A stretch of 61,937 bases of DNA, the filler included, from Vannella sp. (Eukaryota): the NCBI GenBank assembly GCA_023345925.1. It is 7 parts of 7 records of this genome, joined end to end, with 100 filler letters (N's around TTAATTAATTAA, not from the genome) between each part and the next. Parts side by side here need not be neighbours in the genome. Positions count along the whole stretch, not along the records: positions 1 to 13,204 come from JAJQQN010000309.1; 6 more parts are not named here. One strand, given 5' to 3'. The position numbers and the translations under genes were made by a program. Under the pieces are notes generated by a model. It was not told the origin of the DNA. It saw only the letters and a program-made list of their open reading frames with translations, and did not search any database. Each line of letters starts with the position of its first letter. Position 1 is the first letter of the stretch. This document shows positions 1-9,766 of the stretch, in pieces.

Positions 1-1539
1 GTGCTTCATTACTGGTCCTTGGCAGTGGAGGAGCAGTTCTACTTTGCTTGGCCTCTCGTGTGGACAGCTCTGCTTCGTCTGATACCCTCACACTCAAGAG
101 CCCTTTGGGCACTCTTCAGTATCACTCTGGCTCTGATCCTCTTCCAAGTGTGGATGGCCCAAGGTGCGTTCCAGGTGGCTTATTACTACGGGACACAGTA
201 CCGCGTGTACCAGTTGCTCGTTGGTGCAAGCTTGGGCTCTTGGGCAGTTCAGAGAGGGCCTTCTCCCCGCGTGGGAGCGGAGTGGACCAAGTGTCTGAGC
301 TATTTGAGCATTGGAGGGATTCTTGTCCTCTCGATCAGCTCGCTCTCTATCACGCCCATCGTGGCAGGCCTTCTGGCAACTTTCCTGTCTGCTGGAATGA
401 TTGTGGGCTTTGAGCTGCAGCCACAATCTCTGTTGGGGGATGTTCTAAGTGGCCCCATTGCACAGTGGCTTGGGAGGCATTCGTATGCCATCTACCTTTG
501 GCACTATCCTGTTATCACTTTGGATCACATGATTGGTCCTCTGCAGCTGGCTCATGAAGCGACAGATCCCATCCGAGCCATTGGGCTTGGCACAGTAATT
601 TTGGCTCTTTCCTATGCAACGTGGATCTTTGTCGAGAATCCGTTGGCCAAAGTCACTTTGCCGCCTCGTTGGGTCATCATGACCTCTATCATGGTGACTC
701 TATTCTCCATTGTTGCTCTTCTAACAATGTTTCCGGCTCCCAGAGGCGACCACAATCCCTTCCTCTTACCGCCAGTTATTCAAGGACCTTCGGGAAATCA
801 AACCACGGAGCCAATCTATGTAGAGAGATTGCCAGATGATCCAAACATACCTCTTGGCCCTATTCTTTTTGCTGGCGACTCCTACACTGACGAATGGACT
901 TGGACCTATCAGGCCATTGCGGCACAGAAAAAAGTGCCTTACTCTAAGCATTCATCCCACGCTTGTCTTTGGATGCAACTTATTTCCCATTTACCATGGC
1001 AAGGGCCAAACCCCGTCGACTGCTCTGAACTTCACAAGAAAGTTATCTCACAAGACCCAATGCCTCCTCGCACAATTTTTCTGTTTGGGGTCTCTCCTAT
1101 GTGGGCAAGAGTTCGACCTTACAATTCAACACAAGACTTTATTGAGATTGGAGCTCCTGGCTGGGCTGAAACCATCCATGAAGGCATTGACTTGACACTC
1201 TCTCAACTCTCCAACCGCACCAAAGTGGTTTTCATCCAGCCACACCGACAGTTCAATCCGGATGTGTTCAACGCCTATGAAGCACGAAACGATTTAGCAA
1301 ACTGCAACTTCCCTCCTGACGAAGACCAGGCGTATCACTCATGGAGGAAGATCCTTCTTGAGGCTTCTCAGCGTCATCAAGTCCCATTAATCTCGTTTGA
1401 CAAATTCATCTGCCCCAACAACACGTGTCGAGCCATGGATGGAGAAACTAGATTGTTCCTTGATGCTTATCATATCATGCCACATTATGGAGCCGCCCTT
1501 CTTAATGAGTTCTTAGAGCTTGTGGAGCCCTATTTCTGA
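1..1539 (+). CDS. Acyltransferase-3 (AT3) + SGNH fusion, OafA/OatA-like O-acetyltransferase (5' truncated by window)
   Basis: AT3 motifs HYWSLAVEEQFY and LGRHSYAIYLWHYPV, many TM helices and VENP. The C-terminal SGNH domain has GDSY (block I) and DAYH (DxxH) plus paired Cys. No intron is seen. Confidence 0.85.
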   Translation: MLHYWSLAVEEQFYFAWPLVWTALLRLIPSHSRALWALFSITLALILFQVWMAQGAFQVAYYYGTQYRVYQLLVGASLGSWAVQRGPSPRVGAEWTKCLSYLSIGGILVLSISSLSITPIVAGLLATFLSAGMIVGFELQPQSLLGDVLSGPIAQWLGRHSYAIYLWHYPVITLDHMIGPLQLAHEATDPIRAIGLGTVILALSYATWIFVENPLAKVTLPPRWVIMTSIMVTLFSIVALLTMFPAPRGDHNPFLLPPVIQGPSGNQTTEPIYVERLPDDPNIPLGPILFAGDSYTDEWTWTYQAIAAQKKVPYSKHSSHACLWMQLISHLPWQGPNPVDCSELHKKVISQDPMPPRTIFLFGVSPMWARVRPYNSTQDFIEIGAPGWAETIHEGIDLTLSQLSNRTKVVFIQPHRQFNPDVFNAYEARNDLANCNFPPDEDQAYHSWRKILLEASQRHQVPLISFDKFICPNNTCRAMDGETRLFLDAYHIMPHYGAALLNEFLELVEPYF

Positions 1540-1673
1540 TTGTACACTTCATACAGGAGCTCAATCTTCTACTTCTTATTACTTAGCGTCCAACAATCGA
1601 AAGAAGAGTTGAACCTCATATTTAATAGGCTGAGAAGGAGTAGTAGTCTGAGTTTTTAAGAGGTGTCTGAACA

Positions 1674-4600
1674 TTAGAGACGTCGGGGGGTGATAGGGGC
1701 CCATTCCAAAGTCTTTTTGCGATGAGTGGTGAAGTGCCAAACAGCTGCGGAGCAGTTCCGGGCTATTGAAATGACTTGGATTGATTTGCCGGAGTTCTCA
1801 ATTTGGACAGATGACCGAATCTCACCTTCTGGGTGAGGTCCAGTAAGTTCTTGCAGCGGAGAGAGAGTCTAATATTGGGTTAGACAGTTAAGTTTGAAGG
1901 CGTTTGACTTACCAGCGCATCCCATGTGATAATGGTTCCATCAAAATCCCCACTCCATATCTGGTTGGTCCCAGTAATGAAATCCAGGGAGCGAATAGCA
2001 CTTGCATGTGCTTTGCTTTCCTTAATTAAGCGGATGAGTTGATTCTCGAACTCCCATACTTGCAGCTGATTAGCACAAGCACACCAGACTTGTGAATTAT
2101 AAGATAAGAGGCATTGAACCCCGGCATTGACGTTAAACTGTCCCACTTTTTCTATGGTGGAAGCGTCATACAAGTACACCCAACCATTGCGGGTCCCAAT
2201 CCAAACATTTCCTCGGCAAAAGGCCAAAGATGTGATCACGTTATGCGTTTCGCCAACGATAAGAGTGTTTTGAATGACAAATGCTTCACCATCCCAGATA
2301 CGGACGGATCTTGACCATGGTAACCAACTCCATACCGAGTATCGTCCAGATTTGGCTACTTTTGAAGAAGCAGCTACACGAGAAGTCACAATTGGAGTCA
2401 GGACACAGAGCATACCAAGCACAAGGTCTTTGGCATGCTGGCTGGCTTTCCAAAAGGTGACAACTGAAAGGTCAATTGGATTCCACACATAGATCATTCC
2501 ATCCTCTCCAGAAGACCAAATGTAGTTCTTGACTTCAATAAGTGAGCTTATACGATCCGTATGTGCAACGAGACGATGAAGGAACTGCCCTTCGGTAGAG
2601 AACACAAGGATACTTCCACAGCTATAGGAGACCCAAATAGTTCCTGTTACCTTGTGATAGAGCAAAGAAAGAGACCGGAACTCTCGATTAAAGGGATCCT
2701 GAAGCGTTGCTTGTCTTGAAAGTTTCCAAACAGAGGGCTGATGAAGTGGGATAGCATCCTTTGGAGAAAGGGCCAACTCTCGTTGAATTGTGGGGTTCAC
2801 CTTCCGAAGCAACAGAGAGACCTCTTCTTCTAACTCCAGCATTGGCTCCTCAGCTAGCACACTCAATTTCCTCACCAATTCAGTAAAATCAGGTCGAAGA
2901 GAAGGGTCAGTTTGCCAGCAAGCTTGTATCAAGTCCGCAATCTTTTTCGGAACATCGTCAGGAACGGTTGGTCTCAGATTATCTTCAATAATGGCTCTTT
3001 TGACACCCATTACATTGAGAACGGATGGACGACCTGGTATTTGACGAGAGAAGCGACTGTCTTTTTGGTACTCATCGAAGGGAATGAGAGCTGTAGCGAT
3101 CTCGTATAAAACTATTCCGAAAGAATAAATATCTGCACGTTGATCGTACTGATCTTCTTCGCTGTCAATTACCTCAGGAGCAAGCCATTGCCAAGTTAGT
3201 AAGGCTCCTTTGATCTTTGGGGCCACTCTGCGAGAGAGGCCAAAGTCTGCCACTTGCGCCCGCACCTCATCCGAAGGCGAGGTACTAACCAAGAAGATAT
3301 TAAGACTTCTGAGATCTCTATGAATGATAGGTGGCGTGGCAGCTTGTAAGCATCTCATGCCTTTGGCGATATCCAAAGCGATTTTGTAGCGCAATTCCCA
3401 TCCAACTTCTACTATTGTCGCACTGCGTATTTTTCCTTTTGCATCTACTTTTGGGTGTAGTAATTGGAAGAGGTCGCCAGCCGGGCAGTATTGCATGACC
3501 ATTTGCAATCGTGGGCGGACAGTGACACCGTATAATTGAGTGATATTAGGATGGATTAGGGTACTCATGATCCAGCATTCTCGCTGGAACTCACCAAACT
3601 TCTCGGAAATGTTTGATTCCCCCTCTTCAAGAGAATCCGAGTCTGAATTCAACTGCTTGATTGCCACTACTCGCTCATTCCAGTAGCCTTTGTAAACAGT
3701 CCCGAATCCTCCTTTTCCAAGCTCCTGGTCAATTTGGAGCTCCTCTGCTTGAATACTCGGTAAATCATCAAAAGCCAGATCGGGTGCCAAGTCAACGACG
3801 GAAACGCATCGAGAAGGAGATTGAATATGGTGGCAATAGAGGGCAGTGACACTGTTGTGAATTGCACGAATGATCTCGCCTTCAGTAAAGAGAAAAGGTT
3901 CCATGGATGAGTTGTGTTCTCTTCGCTCCTTGCAATGAGTGCAAGTCACAAAACGGTGAGTGCTCCGATCAAGCTTGGGGTAATAGCAGCTGATGATAGT
4001 CTCCATTATCTCCACAAAATCTCGAAGAAGGAGAGCTGTGCCATCTTCACTGCGGAATCCAAGAGGTGCTCGTACACTAAAGCGAATTGCACATGTTTCT
4101 GGATTATAAACAAAGAGTCCCAGTTGCTGTTGGTACCGTACCAAGAAGCCGTTGCGCCAGAATACCAATCCCTCGATCATTTTGATATGCAATACAGCCA
4201 CCATCACTCTAGAAAAGAGGCCAAGAGGCAGGAATGTAAATTCTCGGATCCTCCCGTATTCCACACATTGAGGAGGGACAATCACAGGCCAAAGAGAGCA
4301 CAATTCAGTCATTGGAGTTGGTTCAGGAAGCAAGGAAGGAACCAAGAAACAATCCCCTACTCCAGGTCGGTTCAAAGGATGAAGAATTGAAAAGTTTTCC
4401 AAAAGCACTAAAAGCTGAGGATGCAATGGCTTTGGGTATTGTTCAAAGACGTGCCGAACAGCCTTAGTGGGAAGTATGCCATCTCTTGCGAAGGTATGAC
4501 GGGTAGTAATGAGCGATGACATAACATCAGCGAGCCACTGAGGTCGTAAGATAACCAAGTCATTCAAGTTACCGCGTGAGTCATTGAAATGGATGACTGA

Positions 4601-6555
4601 TCCAACATCCGAGAGAAACTCTGTGGCCAGCAATAGCTGCTCCTCGTTTACTTCGCACTGTTCCGCCCATTGCGAGTATTCTGTCCATCTCACGTAGTCC
4701 TTTTTTACAGTCTTGAGAAACTCGTAGAGATTCAGCCAAGGTTCCGCAAGGATTGGAGCGAAGCAAACCCTCTTGACGGATGCTATCATTGAGTCTACAA
4801 GGCTTTGGATTCCTTCACCTGTCCGACAACTCACTGGGAAGAAGCCCTCAAGTCCAGTGAATCGAAGAGCAGGGAACCGCTGTTGTAGAGTGCATCGTAT
4901 GCTATTGACATGCTCTTCCGTGCATGTAGGATGGTCTGCGTGCGTTCCAACAATATAAATGAGAGTCTTGGATCGTCCTGCTGCTCCCAAGCCTCGTATC
5001 AGCTGAAGCCAATAGTCAACGCGATCAAACTGGGGAGCCACCATATTCAGAACGAGAATGTAGACGGAGTTTGAAGTGAGGAAGAACTGGTGAGAGGGAT
5101 AATAGATCTCCTGTCCTCCAAGATCCCAAGCGTTGAAGGTTACCGAATTATCTCCAAATTGAATTCCCTCAATAATGTCAATTCCATCCGTCGAAAGATT
5201 GGCTCGAGTATTGACTCCTTTGAATCCTTTCCCTTTCCATTTGGTAAAAGACTTCAACAAAGTAGTCTTCCCCACACCCTCTTGCCCCACAAAGAGAAGC
5301 TTGAAAAGGGATTAGTCAGCTGACTCGTAAAGAGGTAGCAAGTGTACCTTTCTCTCTTTCCACTCTCGTTTCTTATCAGATAAGCTGAGAACATAGCGAC
5401 GTATTTTCTCCCAAGGCTCTGAATGAAACATTGTCGGCATTGTGTGAAGAGGATTGCCTGTGAGGACTACAATCTCAAGCTTCTCAAGACGAGCCATCCA
5501 TTCTGGAATAGCCTCTATCAGGTTACCTGAGACATCCAACTTTTTCAAGTTCTACTCTTTGCATTAGTGTGGGAAGAAGAGAACAAGTGCTGTCCTCACC
5601 CTGAATTGCTGCAAGAACGGAGGGATATTGAGGAGCTGTGGAGAGCGGTCAGCAATATCGACAGTAGTCACATTCTCTACTCCAGAGCCTTCATCTGAAC
5701 TGAGAATCTCGATAAGCTCAATAGTCAATCCCCCAGAGGTACATCCCAATTCAAGAGGCGTTGCTCCTTCGTTGGTGCGAGAGGATAGAGAAGCGTTGGA
5801 CTCAATAAGGCGTTTGCATATGTTGTTGTATCCTCGAAGAGCTGCAAAGTGAAGAGGCGTCCATTGCTCTCCATCACAATTGTCCACGCTGGCCTGGTGC
5901 TCTAGAAGCAGCTTTACTATTTTGAGACGCGAACCACCTGTACCTGCACCAGTACCACCGCAAGTGAGGTGGAGAGGCGCCTCTGCTCCAGCAGGGTAGT
6001 CTATGATTGCGTTTGCACCGATTAACAGATCCACGCACTCAAAGGAGCCCACTTCACAAGCCATCATTAGTGGTGTTCGAAGTTTCTATCAAAGATGAGC
6101 TCTCTATCACCCTAGCGAGCGAGATACGAACAAAGTTTTGGCTATTGACTGTTGCTTGCTGCTCGAGGAGTAGCTTTACGACCTCTGACTGCCCACAAGA
6201 GCTTGCAGTATGAAGTGCAGAGTTTTGGAACTAAGCGAGACCGTGTTAGAGTCGCAACAAAGGAGAAAGGCGATGCTCACGACACTGTTAGAGCCGTTGA
6301 TGGCTCCTGGTCTTTTCTTCAGGATCTTCTGAACAACAGCGACATCTCCCTTCTTGCAAGCGGAGAAGAGTCTTCCTGAGACCTGAATACTCTTCTGTCA
6401 GTCCCTGATCGGGGACCCTAAGTCAAACTCACTCGTTCTACGGTATCAGAAGAGTGGAGAGACTGCGATGTATCGTCTCTACTCAGAGGTCTCGTTGTAG
6501 TCGACTCTATTCGACCTCCCGAGGAGCGAGCATTTGTCTCTTCGCTTCCCTCCAT
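1674..6555 (-). CDS. Roco-family protein kinase, ANK-LRR-Roc-COR-kinase-WD40 (multi-exon)
   Basis: The spliced model starts MEGSEETN at 6555, followed by ankyrin exons (LFSACKKGD, SALHTASSCG, TPLMMACEVG, TPLHFAALRG) and a short LRR (LKKLDVSGN). Roc motifs: GQEGVGKT, STDGI, WDLGGQ, VGTHAD, VSC. COR motif: PQWLADVM. Kinase motifs: GKGGFG, VAIK, HRDLRSLN, DFG, WLAPE. A WD40 tail follows. The last intron (~1869-1912) leads to a TAA at 1674-1676. Confidence 0.9.
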
Positions 6556-6941
6556 TCGTTCTTCAAATAATAGCGATTAGAAGACAGCTTTTTTTTACTG
6601 TTTGGCTGTTTCAATCGTCAGCTAGAGTTCCATGGGGAACGAATTTGCTGTCACCGTTCATTTCACCTTCTTCCTGGACATCTGGTTGCTCGTGGCTGTC
6701 TCTGTGTGCTATCCCTTCACTTTTAAGTTGAGTGCATGGGGAACCCCCGACCTCAAGTAATGATGAATCAAAGGTCGCTGTGAGAAACTACAGGGAATGG
6801 AGAGAAGTGAAATTCCTTCAGTGATGAAAAGAACCACATGAGTTACTCACCCATTGGAATGCACGTCATGACCAAGACAAAGCTGCCAACTCGAGCTCGA
6901 TGCCAGGAGCGTTGCTAGCAGGAGATCATCCTCACTGCTGG

Positions 6942-6950
6942 AAACAAAAA
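6942..6950 (-). terminator. Pol III oligo-T terminator of the tRNA gene
   Basis: TTTTTGTTT on the minus strand, 1 nt after the tRNA discriminator base. Confidence 0.6.
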
Positions 6951-6951
6951 G

Positions 6952-7022
6952 CTCCCCCACCGGGAGTCGAACCCGGGGCTCGACAGTGAGAGTGTCGGAT
7001 GTTACCGCTACACCATGGAGGA
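6952..7022 (-). tRNA. tRNA-Glu(CTC)
   Basis: The reverse complement folds as a cloverleaf: acceptor TCCTCCA/TGGGGGA, D arm GTGT/ACAT, anticodon arm CGACA-CTCTCAC-TGTCG (anticodon CTC), T arm CCGGG-TTCGACT-CCCGG. No intron and no encoded CCA. Confidence 0.95.
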
Positions 7023-7153
7023 TGCCTATTTTGGCAAGTAAATTTTGATTGCTAAATAATGTAAAGGAATAATTGTTTGTTTAGTTCCCTCGTTTGTTCA
7101 TTTTATGTGGTTTTTCGGTATTCGATATGTTTGTTTGCCAAGTACATTTTTCG

Positions 7154-7983
7154 ATGTTTCCGTGCAACGGCCTTTCCTTGGGAGTTGTTTGTGAAAGAGC
7201 TTTACCTCTGTTGGATCGCACACTGTGAGTTCGCTCTTTGTTTCCTCAGTACTTACGAATGCATTAGGGATCCATCTTGGCGGTACCGAAGTGCTTCGGG
7301 TTATCTAGCATCAGGAGAAGACTTCGAGAACCTGATTCACCAGGATTGCTCCTCGATGCACCGCCTTGGATATTCGAAAGAGAAATTTAGTCGCCTTCTA
7401 CAACAAGTTATGGGAGCTGCTGATGTTGTCCTTCAAGGAGCAACGAACCTTCCAAGATACTTTCAATTCAAAGGTCAGTTCAAAGCGATTCGCTCCTCAC
7501 TCAGTCTGAGTAGGCCAGCCTCTGGAAGTCACCAAGAATGTCTTCATGTCTCCTCAATATTCCCTCTTTTTTAATGAGGAGAAGCCTCATTCCAAGTGGA
7601 ATGAGGCGTGGAGCTGCGAATATCACTTTAAGAACACCTTGAATATGCTGGAAATTACAATTGGCGGAGACCAGCATCAGGGTGTTGTTCACTACATCGA
7701 GTGGATTGGTTTCTGTGAAGGAGGCCACCCTGCTAACCCTTACCGTGTCGATCCTCACATTGCCTTGGCCACTCTGACCGGCCTAGTGACTTCCGAAACA
7801 GTATCCCAAGCAGCTGCAATCTTCAACCATCAAATAGAGGCCATCCGCATGGAATTGAAGGAACTGAATGGGCACCCGGACGCCCTGCTTTGGGCACAGA
7901 AAAAAGTGGAGGAACTGGAATCTCTTGAAAGGAAGCGAGAGGCTTCACTGACAACCTTAAGAGAAAGGATACAGTCAATCTAA
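7154..7983 (+). CDS. Conserved hypothetical protein (3 exons)
   Basis: Introns 7225-7267 (GTGAGT..TAG) and 7474-7513 (GTCAGT..TAG) join the two track ORFs in consistent phase. It contains SASGYL..GEDF..D and HYIEWIGFCEGG..NPYRVDP motifs and a C-terminal coiled coil. Confidence 0.7.
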
Positions 7984-7993
7984 AAGGAGTTTA

Positions 7994-9532
7994 TCAGCTT
8001 CGCTTCTCTCCAATCATCCTACGCAGTTCAGCATTGCTCTCTTTCCCGAGCCGAGATTTCTCTTCATCGGTCATCAAACGTCCACGAGATGCCCTCGATG
8101 GCATTGAACGGTTTGGTGAGGCTATGCTGGCCTTTGCTTCTGTTGCTCTCCGCAAAGTCTTCTCCTTCTTAGGCGGCTGAGGCGTTGATGGAGCTACTTT
8201 CCTGTCCTTCTTTACCGGCTGAGGAGTCGACGGAGCTACCTTTCGGTCCTTCTTTACCGTTTGAATAGGTGACAAATCTGCGTTTCTTTCCTCTTTGGGA
8301 CTCTCAGGCTTCTTGGTTTTGGGGCGTCCAACGGGCTTTTTACTGACTGGCTTCGCAGCTGGTTTGGTTGCTGGTTTGGCAAGCTTGACAGGTTTAGGTG
8401 CGGGTTTGGGGAGTGTTTTCCCAGCGCCATGCGTTTCCTTAACCTTTGGCTTGACAGGTTCTTGGATGTTTGATTGAGGCATGTTCTCGCTTTCCTCCTC
8501 CTCGTCGCTGAGAGGGTCCACTTTGAAGCCAACAGGGAGAGGCAAATACTCTTCTCGATCTCTGGAAGCTCCAGTGTCATTGTCAGGAGTCCCTGGGAAC
8601 TTCAAATGGAGGTACATTCGATCCTCCTGGCGTGGAACTGACTTGCCAATGGGCTTCTGCTTCTGTTTCTTGGCAGGCTTGGAAGAGGGAATCTCTTTCT
8701 CAACCACTACGGAAGACTTTGGGAGCGTTGGACGGATTGGCTTCCTTGGTGACTTGGCCTTTGCTTTCATCAGAACTGGAGAAGGCAAAGTGAGTCTCCG
8801 CATCTCATCAGTGAGGTCAGGCTCTAGGTCCTGCTCCTCATCCAGGAAGTTATCAATGTCGAATCCTTCATCGAAGAGAGGATGCTTCGTGCTGGAGTCT
8901 CTTAAGGTACTGGTAGACTGTACAGTCTCTACGACTGTGCTTGCTGAAGAGCTGCAGAGAGAGGCAGGACTTACGAATCGAGTCTCGGCTTCAGAGTCAG
9001 ACTCAATAACATACTGGTCGAGTGATTCGAAAGGTAGAGCCGGAGGACAAGGTGCTGGGCTCTCCATTGGTATAGGTGATACAGTTGGGGCAACAGGGAA
9101 CTTGTGTGACATGCCAAAGTCAATCTGTATGGCCCAAACACCAGAGGTAATCACATCACCAGGGCGGAGTTGGCACCAATCGTCGGGGCGAACCGGAAGT
9201 AAGCGATTGATCAGAAGCGCTGTTTGTGGTGATGTTCGAACGAGAAGCTTGTCCATCTGCTGGACAATCATAATCGCTCCTTGGAAGCTGGCTGCGAGCT
9301 GCACATTGATGTTGGGGGTGCGTTTGTCACTCGAAATGGTGCAAGGGAACGATGTGACAGGGATGATCTTCTCCTTCCCTGTACTAAATCCTTCAGGAGA
9401 CAACTTCTTGATGGTCAACTGAGCCTGCATTTCCTGAGGAGCCGTGATAATGAAAGGCATTGGACCAAATCCTCCTCCCAAACTCTGCGGCGGGAACCCA
9501 CCCATTGTCATACTCGAACTCCGCCCAATCAT
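7994..9532 (-). CDS. Protein with N-terminal FHA-like beta domain and long acidic then Lys/Pro-rich disordered tail
   Basis: 514-aa ORF. The N-terminal segment ends LRPGDVITSG, resembling the end of an FHA fold, but the canonical GR/SxxH residues are absent. The tail is basic and histone-H1-like. Confidence 0.6.
   Translation of the reverse strand: MIGRSSSMTMGGFPPQSLGGGFGPMPFIITAPQEMQAQLTIKKLSPEGFSTGKEKIIPVTSFPCTISSDKRTPNINVQLAASFQGAIMIVQQMDKLLVRTSPQTALLINRLLPVRPDDWCQLRPGDVITSGVWAIQIDFGMSHKFPVAPTVSPIPMESPAPCPPALPFESLDQYVIESDSEAETRFVSPASLCSSSASTVVETVQSTSTLRDSSTKHPLFDEGFDIDNFLDEEQDLEPDLTDEMRRLTLPSPVLMKAKAKSPRKPIRPTLPKSSVVVEKEIPSSKPAKKQKQKPIGKSVPRQEDRMYLHLKFPGTPDNDTGASRDREEYLPLPVGFKVDPLSDEEEESENMPQSNIQEPVKPKVKETHGAGKTLPKPAPKPVKLAKPATKPAAKPVSKKPVGRPKTKKPESPKEERNADLSPIQTVKKDRKVAPSTPQPVKKDRKVAPSTPQPPKKEKTLRRATEAKASIASPNRSMPSRASRGRLMTDEEKSRLGKESNAELRRMIGEKRS
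8175..8258 (-). repeat. 42-nt tandem duplication encoding VKKDRKVAPSTPQP x2
   Basis: Two near-identical copies inside the 7994-9532 CDS that differ only at silent positions. Confidence 0.85.
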
Positions 9533-9766
9533 ATCCAACTAGAAATGACCCTTCTCAACCCGAGACTTCAACCGCCAACGGTCAACCCCATTTTCCCGCC
9601 CAAATCCTTTATCGAACAAATCACTCCAACCCACTCACAAACCTCAATGATTAGAAGCTTAATTAAAAATGGAATGGGCCAGGCGGCGGCTGATTGGTTC
9701 CACCAAATTCGATTACTTTTTGTTGGGCTCGTTGTTGGTGCCTTCTGCTTTGGGGTGAGCGATAAG

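Noticed and set aside
8481..9422. 313-aa plus-strand Ser-rich ORF
   Set aside because: Antisense to the 514-aa minus-strand gene. The low-complexity composition mirrors that gene.
9281..9766. N-terminal 160 aa of the 987-aa track ORF
   Set aside because: It begins at a non-ATG codon, overlaps the divergent gene and crosses promoter-like AT-rich DNA. ATG 9767 is more plausible.
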